From Octopus vulgaris (lineage: Eukaryota): DNA of 64,000 bases. The notes beneath the pieces were generated by a model. It did no database searches, was not told the DNA's origin, and worked only from the letters and a program-made list of their open reading frames with translations. The first letter of the stretch is position 1; each line of letters starts with the position of its first letter. The stretch covers positions 17,980,001-18,044,000 of the forward strand of contig OX597817.1 of assembly GCA_951406725.2 (NCBI GenBank), written 5' to 3'. Of the stretch, positions 1 to 12,961 are shown in pieces. Position numbers and translations under genes: made by a program.

Positions 1-352
1 AGATACATACATACATCATACATACATACATGCATGCATACATACATACACACACATACATACATACATACATACACACATACATACATACATGCATGCA
101 TGCATGCATACATACATACATACATACATACATACATACATACATACATACATACATACATACATACATACATACATACATACATACATACATACATACA
201 TACATACATACATACATGCATGCATACATACATACATACATACATACATACATACATACATACATACATACTACATACATACATACATACATACATACAT
301 CATACATACATACATCATACATACACACACACGCACACACACACACACACAC
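1..352. repeat. (TACA)n/(CATG)n/(CA)n compound microsatellite
   Basis: Directly visible tetranucleotide repeat; explains the HTYI/MYVC pseudo-ORFs. Confidence 0.98.
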
Positions 353-1183
353 ATGTGTGTGTGTATTTATACCCTGGGCTTCCTACTGTTTCTATTTACC
401 AATTCCACTCACAAGGAATTATTGAGATTATTAGAAGACATCATCCCATTGTAACTTCACAATGGGGAACAGACCCAAAACCATGCAATCTTAAAACAAA
501 CTTCTCAAACTAATGGGTATGTCTGCACTTGTCACTTAATTTAAAATCTTTTCTTTTGCTTTTATGTATAAAATTAATCTACTTACTGCACTTGGAGATT
601 GAAGTTCTGTTTTGGTAAGAGAAAAAAGCATGTTAATACTTTCATTCTCCATTCTTCATAGTGACAAGTACGAGTATACCAACAGTAAACATATTTGTTT
701 TAAACACTTGTAAGCAAATATAAATAAACATACACAGTGGGTAACAACAATTCAAATAGACATGCCAAACACTGCAGAACATTTTTTACTGCATATTCTG
801 CTAATTCATAATGTATTAATGTCAGAAATCCAAATGATAGGAATACAGTCATACTGTGAAGAGAAACAATGTAAAACACACTAATTCCAGCTGTCAAAAT
901 GAAAATAAAAAAGCAAATTGGAGAAAAAAAAATAGGAACTAGATTAAATACCATCCTAACTACCTTGAAACCTGACTTAACTTCCTGCTATAAATTCATT
1001 GTAGTTACAATGCATGGCATTCCAAGTCAGCTACAAGTTCTTTACAGCCTCTGATAACTATATCTCTCTCAGCTTGGCAGATGGGTTGTTGAATTAATGG
1101 GTCATGTCACACAGAATGTTTCTGGAAGAAAATTATACATCCCTGGAGAGTTCAAGAGTAACTTGAACTTCAAAAAATATGCA

Positions 1184-1348
1184 GGTGCAGGAGTGGCTGT
1201 GTGGTAAGTAGCTTGCTAACCAACCACATGGTTCCGGGTTCAGTCCCACTGCGTGGCATCTTGGGCAAGTGTCTTCTACTATAGCCCCAGGCCGACCAAT
1301 GCCTTGTGAGTGGATTTGGTAGACGGAAATTGAAAGAAGCCTGTCGGA

Positions 1349-1428
<80 letters not shown>

Positions 1429-1645
1429 TGTGTGTGTGTGTTTGTGTGTCTGTGTTTGTCCGCCTAGCATTTCTTGACAACCGATACTGGTGTGTTTACG
1501 TCCCCGTCACTTAGCGGTTCGGCAAAAGAGACCGATAGAATAAGTACTAGGCTTACAAAGAATAAGACCCGGGGTCGATTTGCTCGACTAAAGGCGGTGC
1601 TCCAGCATGGCCGCAGTCAAATGACTGAAACAAGTAAAAAGAGAA
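1184..1645 (+). mobile_element. tRNA-derived SINE, family A (octopus-type), with internal (TA)n(TG)n microsatellite
   Basis: Head GGxGCAGGAGTGGCTGTGTGGTAAG (A box) ... GGTTCAGTCCC (B box); conserved body; 3' end GACTGAAACAAGTAAAAGAG. Near-identical copies occur throughout the window. Confidence 0.9.
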
Positions 1646-2589
1646 AAAGAGAAAGAGAGAGGCAAATGGTACTATCTGTCATTGATGAGTATAATTTTAA
1701 CTCATTTAGGTTAGATTGGACAGAAATTTTTACATGCTCAATGTTTTCTTCAATCATGTTAATTCTCAAGTAAATATATCATCTTCAACTTCTGAGCTAA
1801 ATCAAGTACGTTTTAAGTTAGTAAGCCAACTTTTTTTTCACATTATGCAGAAAACTATAGGGTTCTGGAAAAACCACAGCTGTATTATTATGAGCAGAAG
1901 CTAACTAAATCTTACCAATAATGAAACCAATATTATATGCTGTTCTACACGCTGCAAGGAATTTATGTTATGCTGTGTTCATTTGCAGAAACACTTTATC
2001 TGTTTAGTCATTCTAAAATCTTGCTGTATTTATTTGATTATGCTTATTTAAGTTGGCAAGCTGGTAGAATCGTTAGCACATCAGGCAAAATGCTAAGTGG
2101 TATTCCGTCTGTTCTTACATTCTTAATTAAAATTCTGCTGAAGTCAACTTTGCTTTTCATCTTTTTGGAGGTTGATAAAATAAGTACCAGTTGAGCACTG
2201 GGGCTGATGTAATTGACTTAGCTACTCCTGGGTAAGAGTATAAAACTGTACCCTTCTACCAAGCCATGTCAAGCCTGTATGACAGAGTAGGGTCAACAGA
2301 CCAGTATGATCTCTTGGTTGAGAGAACATGCTTAGGCCTTTGTCCTGCAGTGGACTGAATATAGGTAATCCAGTTTTTATTTTACTAGAATATATGAAAA
2401 ATTATAATGGAATTTAAGTAAGTATATCTATTCATCTCTTCTTTGGGTCCCCTCACTTCCATCAGGAGTTGTAAGGGCATAGTCAAAACATATGGTATCT
2501 CTTGGGTATTTTAAAACTTGATAGCGCCAATCCCTCTCCAAGTATATATACTCTCCCTTTCGCTTGTCACCTATTGAAAGAGAGAGATG

Positions 2590-2975
2590 CCTTTCAGTCA
2601 TGAATGACCATGAGATTGCACTCAGAGAGTTCCCCTCCAAGGCATAAGTCCAGGCAAGGTTGTTTGTGGAAAACCAGCAGTTGCCCATGCATTCCGGCCT
2701 CCCCTCTCTACACCACTGATATTATCCAAGGGAAATGCAAAGGCCAATACAGCTTGGCACCAGTGATGTCGCAATTAATTTCTACAGATGAGTGAATTGG
2801 AACAATGTAAAATAATGTGTCTTGCTCAAGAATAGCCTGGTCTGGGAATCAAACTCATTACTCCATGCTCAGCCTGGGACTCAAACTCACTACCCCATGT
2901 CCAGTCTAGGAATCAAACTCACTACCACATGATTGTGAGCCGATTGCTCTAACCACTGAGCCATGTACCTTCACA
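2590..2975 (-). mobile_element. tRNA-derived SINE, family B-related, with triplicated ~30-bp B-box segment
   Basis: Similar to 50470-50800; three tandem copies of GGGAATCAAACTCACTACCCCATG at about 2836-2931. Confidence 0.7.
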
Positions 2976-3091
2976 TGCTTTCATATATCACATGGCACCT
3001 ATCACAGCCTTCATATATCACATTGCTTCTTTCACCAACCACCTCTCTAAAAGAATGCAATATTTATTACCTTCAACTTCAGTGAGCACAG

Positions 3092-3122
<31 letters not shown>

Positions 3123-3254
3123 GAAAGAAAGAGAGAGTGTCCTGGTGTAACTCTGTCTCCCTCCAGCTGTTACATCTCCTTGATGTTCTGCTGGTTCAAG
3201 GATGGGAAAAATCTATCCCTGTTCATGACTACATAGACACCTAACAACTGACAC

Positions 3255-3530
3255 TGCTGGTTACAACGTTGAGTGTTCCAGTTGATCCAATCAACGGAAC
3301 AGCCTGCTCGTGAAACAAACATGTATGTGGCTGAGCACTCCACAGACATATGTACCCTTAACGTAGTTCTCAGGAAGATTCCGCATGACACAGAGTGTGA
3401 CAAGGCTGGCCCTTTGAAATACAGGTACTACTCATTTTTGCCAGCTGAGTGAACAGGAGCAATGTGAAATAAAGTGTCTTGCTCAAGGACACAATACGTT
3501 GCCAGGAATTGAACTCACGACCTTATGAAT
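3255..3530 (-). mobile_element. SINE family B fragment
   Basis: Reverse-complement match to the 3' part of 18829-19205 (GGAACAGCCTGCTCGTGAAA...CCCTTAACGTAGTTCTC). Confidence 0.7.
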
Positions 3531-3888
3531 TAGGAAAAGCAAGGTACCAGCTACAAGTTGTACTCACTTGTGAGTGATGATTATAAAATAATCATTGCGA
3601 AGTAGTGAGGGTTGATCTCAAGATGCTGGGGTTCATGGAGGAGATGACAATGAACCGAGATATCTTGTGAGTGGTTATGGTTGATGGAAGCTTTGTGTTT
3701 GCGTTTGTCCTCCACCACTGATTGACAACCTGTGTTGGTTTGTTTATGTTTCTGTAATGTAGTAGTTTGGCAAAAAAGACCAGGTTTAAAAAGAAAATAA
3801 GTCAAATTGGACTAAATTCCCTTCAAGGTGGTGTGGTATCCCACATGGCTTCAGTCTAATGACTGAAACAAACGAAAAATAAACGATA

Positions 3889-4304
3889 GGCACAGGAGTG
3901 GCTGTGTGGTAAGTAGCTTGCTAACCAACCACATGGTTCCGGGTTCAGTCCCACTGCGTGGCATCTTGGGCAAGTGTCTTCTACTATAGCCCCGGGCCAA
4001 CCAATGCCTTGTGAGTAGATTTGGTAGACAGAAACTGAAAGAAGCCTGTCATATATATGTATATATATATATGTATGTGTGTGTGTGTTTGTGTGTCTGT
4101 GTTTGTCCCCCTACCATTGCTTGATAACCGATGCTGGTGTGTTTATGTCCCTGTTACTTAGCGGTTCGGCAAAAGAGACCGATAGAATAAGTACTGGGCT
4201 TACAAAGAATAAGTCCCGGGGTTGATTTGCTCAACTAAAAGGCGGTGCTCCAGCATGGCTGCAGTCAAATGACTGAAACAAGTAAAAGAGTAAAAGAGTA
4301 AAAG
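3889..4304 (+). mobile_element. SINE family A
   Basis: Full-length match to 1184-1645. Confidence 0.9.
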
Positions 4305-4946
4305 ACATATTTATACTTCTCCTATATTTTATCAAGCCAACAAGGTTGTCTTTATACAATTGCTCTATCTGAGAAAAATAGCAGTCAAATCTCCCTCGAC
4401 TGCATCCAATTTTCTTTTAAAAGAAATAGATTATAGATAATGTGAATCTAGACATACTATGTTTGAAAAGGAAAGGCAGGAAGGTCATTGCTGGAATAAC
4501 TTTGATTATAGATCTGCTAACATGAGACTAAACAATAATCTACATATATTTACATATCTATCTACTTAGTTTATCACTGTAACTACCTATAACTTTGTGG
4601 TGCACTTAGATATCTATCTTTGTATATATTTGTGTAATGTTTGAAGTACACTTGTACAACTTCACTGGACATTCCTCTCTTTTCTTGTAAAATTTTCATT
4701 TGATTTTCTTCTAATATCCATTGATATTTGTGATAGCAGTTTCCACTTTGTAAATAGAAGTTGAAAAGTTATCATCAACAAACTTTCAGATATTTTACGC
4801 AAATAGCAGTAAAGCTAAAAATGTATCAATATATTATATTTATTGATATATATATATGTCTTTGATGTTTTGGAGCTTAATAGAATATCATAAACAAAAT
4901 ATATAAATAAATGAATATTGCTTGTATTTTTGTGTATTTCTCACAG

Positions 4947-5015
4947 TTGCCAGGTAACATTTTATCCACAACTTGTGAATCAGGAGGCTTATGTATTGGA
5001 CGGTTGCTTCCGAAA
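4947..5015 (+). CDS. BPI/LBP-family protein, internal exon (LPGNILSTTCESGGLCIGRLLPK)
   Basis: Acceptor tttctcacag, donor gtaagt, 69 nt, phase 0/0. The peptide corresponds to the short BPI2-domain exon (human BPI [20 protein letters not shown]) and has the two-Cys pattern recalled for invertebrate LBP/BPIs. Confidence 0.72.
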
Positions 5016-5352
5016 GTAAGTACAATAATATTGCTTCCTTTTATTTTTCTGTATTGCATATGAGAAAGGATAATGCTATTACTTCGACTTCTAAACTATT
5101 TATCAAAGCTGATCAGAATGCTTTGCAGAGTTTCTTTAATATGGGACTAGATAAAATCATCATAATTATCATCGTCATCATCATCGTCATCATCATTATC
5201 ATCGTCATCATCATTTAACATTCATTTTCCATTCTGGCATGGATTGGGTAGTTTGACAAGAGCTGACAAGCTAGAAGATTGCACCAAGCTCTACTTCATG
5301 CTTTGGTATGGTTTCTATTGCTCAGGATGCACTTCTTAATGCCAACCATTTT

Positions 5353-5610
5353 AAGTACATGCAGTAATGTAGAAATGTCTGGAAAGTGAACATGCTTGTG
5401 TGTGTATGGAGGGGAGAAAATCAAGTGTAGTGTTGGCGAATCTCAGGAAGCATGGAAGTCTTGAAGGATGCAGTGCTCCGACAACTAACAACCGATGCCG
5501 GCAGTTTGTTCCACGCTTCAGCAACTCTCAGCGTGAAAAAATGTTTCCTGAAGTCATGGGAGCTGTGCTGTTTTCTTACTTTGTAAATATGTCCACGGGT
5601 GTTAGATGGG
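5353..5610 (-). mobile_element. CR1-type LINE 3' fragment
   Basis: Encodes SNTRGHIYKVRKQHSSHDFRKHFFTLRVAEAWNKLP, matching the C-terminus of the 14432-15679 ORF. Confidence 0.9.
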
Positions 5611-5901
5611 TGGAGTTGGTTTCTATGGCTGGATGCTCTTCTTAATGCCAACCATTTTACAGAATGCACTGGGTGCTTTGTATATGCATTTAGTGAAAAA
5701 GAGAAAATACTGTTCTGTCCTGTCTTGAATTCTTGTGACTAAGCACTAGATCCATGTCTCCCAATCTGGGACGCTGGGAATGTAAAAGAAACAGATTCAA
5801 ATTAAACATCCATCTGCATTTGAATATCTCTAAGAAAGGTTGAGTTGATTTGTCATCAAAGGAATACTTGGTTAATAGTTGGTAAACACTAGACTGGATT
5901 A

Positions 5902-6316
5902 CCGTATTTGACGGCATATTAGACGTACTGGCATATTAGACGCACCCTCATTTCAGCAGGTCAAATTCAGGAAAAAAAGTTTGGTATTAGTAAACGTGTG
6001 TCATGGATCGCAGCCTAACAATTTACGGTAGATTTTTTTGATTTTTACGATAATTCGTATTTTAAAGTAATAATACTGGTAATAATAATAATAATACTAG
6101 CAATAAAATAATGATGCATGAGTACGGAAAATATCATTAAGGCGTTAGCGTAGGTAGAAATACTTATCGTAAGAAATACTTATCACTAGGTTAGTGAGCG
6201 TCTGGGAGAAGATTACCCTATGGGAGTGTCTTGACTTCGCATATTAGACGCAGGGCGATTTTTTTGAGCCAAATTTTTTGGAAAAAAAAGTGCGTTCTAT
6301 ATGCCGTCAAATACGG
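5902..6316. mobile_element. pogo/Tc2-like MITE
   Basis: TIRs CCGTATTTGACGGCATA / TATGCCGTCAAATACGG flanked by TA on both sides. Confidence 0.85.
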
Positions 6317-6960
6317 TAACTGTTTTTCGGGAAAGTGGAAGATTTGATTGCAAATCAACCCTGGTAATGTTACTGATCTTTATAGTATCGATTACTAAGA
6401 AATGGGAAGGTAAAGATAATTATAGCAGAATTTAAACTAAGAGCTTTGAGGTACCAAACCAATCATGGTTAAGCAGTAATGGATATTATGTTTTGGAAAA
6501 TACAATTTAAGTTTAAGCGATTTGTGATCTTATATTTGTAAAGAAATGCACTGCCTATGTATTTTTATTAGTTTTCAAAATCATCAACGATTTAATTGCA
6601 TTTAATAAAATAACCTTTTCATTAATTTTTGTAAGTAATGTTTGTAATATAAATTAACAAAATTTGGGTCAGGAAGATTTAATTAAAAATTGGTGCAGTA
6701 GCTTGGTGTCAAAATGGTTAAGTAGTAAAGCATCATATTACAAAGTTAAAAATAGGTGAAATTTATGAATAGTTTCTTTTTAAAATATATCTAGATAGGA
6801 GAAAAGAAAAAAAAATGCTTTAGATGAACCCCAGGAAGCAGAGGTAAAATATACATAAAGTATATTAAAAATACAATCTTTTGAATGTACATTAGAATCT
6901 AAAGATTTAAATCTTTACTTTTTATAACAATTTTTTTTTTCTATGTTGACATAGACATTA

Positions 6961-7120
6961 GGCGTAGGAGTGGCTGTGTGGTAAGTAGCTTGCTTACCAA
7001 CCACATGGTTCCGGGTTCAGTCCCACTGCATGGCACCTTGGGTACGTGTCTTCTACTATAGCCTCGGGCCAACCAAAGCCTTGTGAGTGGATTTGGTAGA
7101 CGGAAACTGAAAGAAACCCG

Positions 7121-7184
<64 letters not shown>

Positions 7185-7390
7185 GTGTTTGTGTGTTTGT
7201 GTTTGTCCCTCCAACATCGCTTGATAACTGATGCTGGTGTGTTTATGTCCCCGTAACTTAGTGGTTTGGCAAAAGAGACCGATAGAATAAGTACAAGGCT
7301 TACAAAGAATAAGTCCTGGGGTCAGTTTGCTCGACTAAAGGCGGTGCTCCAGCATGGCCACAGTCAAATGACTGAAACAAGTAAAAGAGT
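6961..7390 (+). mobile_element. SINE family A
   Basis: Full-length match to the other copies. Confidence 0.9.
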
Positions 7391-7709
7391 ATATGAATAA
7401 GTTTTCTACAGAGTTAAAATAAATGCAAGAAATATGAAGAACCAGTATTTTATGGTTGGATACCATTCCTATAATGGCTGTAAGTTAACTGAAGTTAATC
7501 AAGTAATGTATTATATGTATTCAGTTAGTTGATGAGGAAAATTACAAAAGTCACTGGAAAACTTGCAAATTAATTAATTCTGCATTTGAATGAAAATTTA
7601 AACTAAGAACATGGTTCATTGGGAAGCAATAAATATGTAATTCCTTGTGTATAAAATTGGTGTTCACAATGTCTAATATGACAGGTGGTGAATTGGTAGA
7701 TACAATAGT

Positions 7710-8015
7710 ATCCGACTCGTGGCCGATGCCAGCGCCACCTCGACTGGCTTCCGTGCCGGTGGCACGTAAAATACACCAATCCGACCGTGGCCGTTGCCAG
7801 CCTCGCCTGGCACCTGTGCAGGTGGCACGTAAAAAGCACCCACTACACTCACGGAGTGGTTGGCGTTAGGAAGGGCATCCAGCTGTAGAAACTTGCCAGA
7901 TAAGACTGGAGCCTTGTGCAGCCTTCTGGCTTCCCAGATCCCCGGTCGAACTGTCCAACCCATGCTAGCATGGAGAATGGACGTTAAACGATGATGATGA
8001 TGATGATGATGATGA
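7710..8015 (+). mobile_element. RTE-LINE 3'-UTR-type repeat with (GAT)n tail
   Basis: GTGCCGGTGGCACGTAAAA sub-repeats, then ...CGTTAAACG(ATG)n. The same sequence type follows an RTE ORF end at 38640-39205. Confidence 0.8.
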
Positions 8016-8286
8016 ATAGAAGAAGGGACAAAATACTTTACAGTTTAGTTTTGTGTAATTACATTTTGAGTTCAAATCCTGATAAGTTCTTCTTTGTTGC
8101 CATTCCTGCTGGGGTCAATAAAATAAGTTTCAGTCAAGTACTGGGATCAATATAATCAACTAAAAAAAAAAACTCTCCACAAAATTGATGGTCTTCTGCC
8201 AATGTTAGAAATCTCTAATGTTAAATATCAAGAAATATATAAGTTTGCTCTAAAATATATTTGAATTTGTGATGCTTAGGTAAAAC

Positions 8287-8597
8287 ATCATCATCATCAT
8301 CATTTAGCGTCCGCTTTCCATGCTAGCATGGGTTGGACGGTTCAACTGGGGTCTGGGAAGCCAGAAGGCTACACCAGGCTCCAGTCTGATCTGGCAGTGT
8401 TTCTACGGCTGGATGCCCTTCCTAACGCCAACCACTCCGTGAGTGTAGTGGGTGCTTTTTACGTGCCACCCGCACAGGTGCCAGACGGGGCTGGCAAACG
8501 GCCACGGACGGATGGTGCTTTTTACGTGCTACCGGCACGGGGGCCAGGCGAGGCTGGCAACGGCCACGATCAAATGGTGCTTTTTACGTGCCACCAG
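8287..8597 (-). mobile_element. RTE-LINE 3'-UTR-type repeat with (GAT)n tail
   Basis: Reverse complement of 7710-8015; the two form a nearby inverted pair. Confidence 0.8.
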
Positions 8598-9091
8598 GAT
8601 ATAGGTAGAAAGAAACCCTGTTCAAATAATGTTAATTTTCATTTCACTTCAGTAATGTAGTAAGTAGTCATTTTATTTGCTTCTTGCTGCTCATTCTAGC
8701 CACCAGATACTTTATTCTGGGTATTGACTGGCATATATTCATATACATATACATATCTATATCTATATGTATCTATAATTATATATGAGTAAAGGTAAAA
8801 TTCAAGGATCCAAGGATATAAATTTGATGCCAAAAGTGTTATTGTTGTTAGACCTTATCTTGGTCTTGACTGAGCAGACATATGATGAGAAGCATTCCAA
8901 ATGTGACCAGCCTGTCTTTAATTCAAATACAGCACGCTGCTCTGTCTACATTGTCCAATATGTGCTTTAGCTAAGAGGAAAAGAAAAATGGAATTGTGTG
9001 ATTTAATGGTGCGTACACACGCCCATACGCACATGCATAATATATATAAGTGTATATATTATATATGTGTGTGTGTGTATAGGTATAAAAA

Positions 9092-9125
<34 letters not shown>

Positions 9126-9558
9126 TCTGATACAAAATTATGTTATTCAGTTGGTTGGTCGACTAACACTTTAATAACCGTCCACCAGACAATGCAATTA
9201 CTTCTCACTGAGTTGAAAATAGAATTTATTGCTGAAATACTTGAAACACTCTTCTCAGACACTTCTAGTCAGTTTCAGATATTTGTAGAAACAGCCATTT
9301 CTATTCAAAGTGATTTATTGGACTTTTTAAATAATTTAGCATTTCATTAAAAATGATTTGCAATGCTAATAATTCAAAAAGGTAAAAATAATTTACTAAT
9401 TCTATTTTTTTTTTTTTTTATTGATTGAAAGCGAACACATCGTTTTAAAGTAATGTTCGGGCTATTTTTCATGTATAGTCAAGATTGCAATTTACTAACG
9501 CTAATGCATAATGCAATTTCACATCAGCCTGCTGATTATTTTATCTGAATGTATACTT

Positions 9559-9630
<72 letters not shown>

Positions 9631-10339
9631 GTATATATGTATATGTTCTGGGTTACATGTTACCAGAAGAGCACTCGAAAGTGACCTGCCATACAAAAAA
9701 TTACAGTTACATGTACAATCAAAAGATGTAAGGATACAATGGTTGGTAGAAGGAAGAAAGTATGATTTAAACTCGCTTTGTGTATATATTCGTGTGTGCG
9801 GTGCGTGCTGATATATAAAACTGTGTGTATGGGTTTTCTAGAAAAAACTGTGTGTATGATTTTTCTAGAATTCGGGATGTACTTACATATATCTTTACGA
9901 AGTAGAATGTCGTGTTTTCGATCGTGTTGCTACACATGGTAACACAGATTTACAAGAAGACACAGTTATTTTCTTTTTGTAGAATCATTAAAGGTACTGT
10001 TCCAATATCCAAGGAATGTATATATATACAGATACTTATCTAGTTTTTCCAAAGAGATGGGTATTTCCAAGGCAGTGGAAGACTTTGAACTTCTTTTCAA
10101 GTTAAAGTGATACCATGTGCTGTATACGTCTGTGTATATATTTTCTGTTTTTCCCTTCTTTGTATTTCAGATGGTTTTTCTTTTTTCTTTTAAATATGTC
10201 TTGTTACGCTTTCCATTCAAAAGTTATTCCAGATAATATTTTATTTTATTTTATTTTATTCTTTTGTTCAGATCAAAAATCGCAGTTAATTTTCAAATTT
10301 CGTAAAATCCATTATTTGCAATGTTAAGACCTTAAGTGT

Positions 10340-11460
10340 AAGCACAAACATGTGTGTGCACTAGCAGTGATAGCATGTCTGCACCATTTGCTGAAGACAT
10401 TTTAGCCCTTGGAGAAGGCAAGGTACCAAGGAATGATAGGGGCGACATATCCATCTCTGAACTGTGCAACACCGTGGACAACCCTTCCGATCTTTTGGAA
10501 ACAGTGTTCCCCAATCTGGAAAGTAATATGTACGAGACATCAATAGGCTCAGTGAAAGAACCATCCTGCTCCCCCATAAACATAGCTGTCAGTGCTATCA
10601 ACAACCAACTCATAAGCCGAATTCCAGGTGGGGAGCACATCTACAAATCGATTGACCAGACCTCTGACCTCAAAGATATCATTGTCAATTACCCTATCGA
10701 GTTTCTCAACTCATTGGAGCCAGCAGGGCTTCCACCTCACATTCTTAGGCTAAGGGTTGGATGTCCAATTGATGCTAATCACCGGAAACTTGCTTCTGCC
10801 TAAACCAGTGCAACGGGACCCGCTTAGTAATCAAGTCTCTGACGCCCCCCACTTGATTGAGGCCACTATTGTTACAGGGTGCGGGAGGGTATGCAAAATG
10901 TTTTCATTTCAAGGATGCAGCTTTATCCCTCAGGGTCAGATGTGCTGTTTGACTTCCTGTAAAGATTGCAGTTCCCAGTGAGACCATGCTTAGCAATGTC
11001 TATCAACAAATCCCAAGGCCAAACACTATCGGTGGTAGGCATCCATTTGGGGTTTTCCATTCAATCAGGATAAAAAATTGATAAACCAATTCCTTATAGG
11101 ATTTCCCACTAAAATTGGCTACACCTCATTTTCTAACCATAACTTTTACAAATTTTGACATATATTTTACTCAAACTTGATGCCAGCATTACTTAGGACT
11201 CATGGTATCGTTGAATGCTTTAAGTTCTCAAAAAAAAAAAAGACAGTCGATGAGTGGAAATAATTGATAAACCAATTCCTTATGGGATTTCTCAATCAAA
11301 ATTGCCTGCAACTCATTTTCAGCCAAACGTTTACCAATTTCAATGGAATCTGCTCAAATTTGATTGATGTTGGTGACACTTTATTTTGGTTTGAAATATA
11401 AGCGCTGGATGCTTAATAATCCTAGCTTAACTCCCTGGCAACACCGAGCTACTACTGCTA

Positions 11461-11461
<1 letters not shown>
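10340..11461 (+). mobile_element. Helitron remnant: frameshifted PIF1-type helicase C-terminus plus 3' terminus
   Basis: YPIEFLNSLEPAGLPPHILRLRVGCPI, then CNGTRL-like, HLIEATIVTG and RLQFPVRPCLAMSINKSQGQTL across frames; 3' hairpin-like segment and CTAG end at 11458-11461 followed by T. Confidence 0.88.
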
Positions 11462-11494
<33 letters not shown>

Positions 11495-11880
11495 GCATGT
11501 ATATTTATGTATATATATATGTATGTATATGTATATTTAAGACCGATGATAAAAGTTCTATTTCTTACAAAATATTTTGTTACTAACACCATACAAATTA
11601 TTTTTATCTTTTACACCTTTATGCAGAATTTTATCTCTCTTTCAAATGATGCTGACAATAGCTATTTTTATACAACTTGAAGAATTCTAATGCTAAATTA
11701 ATATAAACATTTCAAATTTACCGGCAAAAATTAGTTTAAGGCCATGTAATATGTAAGCAAATTCTCTTTTGCTATTTAGCCCTAGGAAGCATTGACACTT
11801 CCTGTCAGCTTTGACACATTTCCTTGTGTTCTTTATATTTGCAAAGGGGAGACAAGCACCCCAACCAGCATAGACCTGCA

Positions 11881-11927
11881 CCTAGAGACATGCATGTTTC
11901 TGAGTCTTGCTCGTCATCAGTCTTAGG
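11881..11927 (-). ncRNA. Minimal type I hammerhead ribozyme motif (Penelope-like)
   Basis: Minus strand reads cctaAGA-CTGATGA-CGAG caaga CTCA-GAAAC ATGCAT GTC-TCTagg. Both conserved core boxes, a GUC triplet and a palindromic stem III are present; the first pair of stem II is a C/A mismatch. Confidence 0.62.
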
Positions 11928-12129
11928 GTAGTAAGGCTTGCTAGTTGAAGATGCTTTTCCAAGCCCTTGCAAATATATATATGTTTTCAGTGAAATTCTA
12001 TTCACTGGTCACCAAAATTAGAAGTATTAAATTTCTAAATATTCTCAGAGATATGAACAGTGGTAGAATGATAGAGCAGTTGTATACTGTCAACTTAACG
12101 TGATTGATCCCGTAAAGGAATCCTGCCAC

Positions 12130-12490
12130 CGCTATTAGCCTTAGGAAGTAAGTGTAAGTACTTTGAGAGAAAAGTTGGACCTAAGAAGCATCAGATGTGG
12201 TGTACAAGAGAGATGACTGCACTGGTATGGTCATGTGGCAAGAATGGATGAGGATAGCTGTGTGAAAAAGTGCCACACCCTAGCTGTTGAGGGAACCTGT
12301 AGAAGAGGTAGAACCAGGAAGACCTGGGATGAAGTGGTGAAAGCATAACCTTCGAACATTAGGGGCCCTGCCACCGAGGCAAATGACTAGTATTTGAGAC
12401 GTTTGGAAATATGCTGTGCTTGAGAAGACCCGGCAAGCCAAATGAGACCATGACTTCGTGGCCTCTGCCAGGGATGTAACCAGCCCACTT
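12130..12490 (+). mobile_element. RTE-clade LINE RT C-terminal fragment
   Basis: LHWYGHVARMDEDSCVKKCHTLAVEGTCRRGRTRKTWDEVVK is a typical RTE ORF end. Confidence 0.85.
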
Positions 12491-12961
12491 TATGGATGTA
12501 TAAATGCAACTCTTTTTGGCAAGCTGCATTGTACAGTGCTAAGTACACTCATACAAGCATCAGTGAAAATGTGAGCATATGCACTCCGTGAGGTTTGGTG
12601 CAACTCACGATCTAGAAACTGAAAAGTTAACTAGTCTACTTGGTGTTTATAATAATGGGGAGGTTAGAAGAAAACTTTAAATTCATTCATACCTTAAAGT
12701 AACTTATGTTAACAGTTATTCTAAAATTCATTCCAACTGCATTGTGTGGAAGTACATATATATGCATATCAAAGTCTTTCAGAAATTCAATAAAATTATT
12801 TTCTAACCTTCCCATTATTATAAACACCAAGTAGATAGTTAACTCAGCTTGTGATCATGAGTGCACCAAACCTCACGAGTGTGTATGCTCACATCTTCAC
12901 TGATGCTTGTATGAGTGTACTTGCACAATGCAGCTTGCCCAAGGGCATTTATACATCCATA
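12491..12961. repeat. Long imperfect inverted repeat (arms about 12491-12675 and 12795-12961)
   Basis: TATGGATGTATAAATGC ... GCATTTATACATCCATA ends, with internal matches such as CTACTTGGTGTTTATAATAATGGG / CCCATTATTATAAACACCAAGTAG. Confidence 0.9.

Noticed and set aside
16-513. Long HTYI/MYVC ORFs (also 61360-61719 and 62848-63454)
   Set aside because: They are translations of (TACA)n microsatellites that lack stop codons.
5060-5150. NALQSFFNMGL peptide resembling the end of the missing BPI exon
   Set aside because: It is too close to the upstream donor for a full exon and has no GT donor after it.
7525-7593. Possible + strand terminal exon LVDEENYKSHWKTCKLINSAFE*
   Set aside because: In frame with the 4947 exon but has no BPI similarity, and the true downstream exons are at 20769-28931.
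7673-8660. Recurring ...LDALPNANHSVSVVGAFYVPPA... ORFs
   Set aside because: They are antisense translations of an RTE 3'-UTR-type repeat present about ten times in the window.
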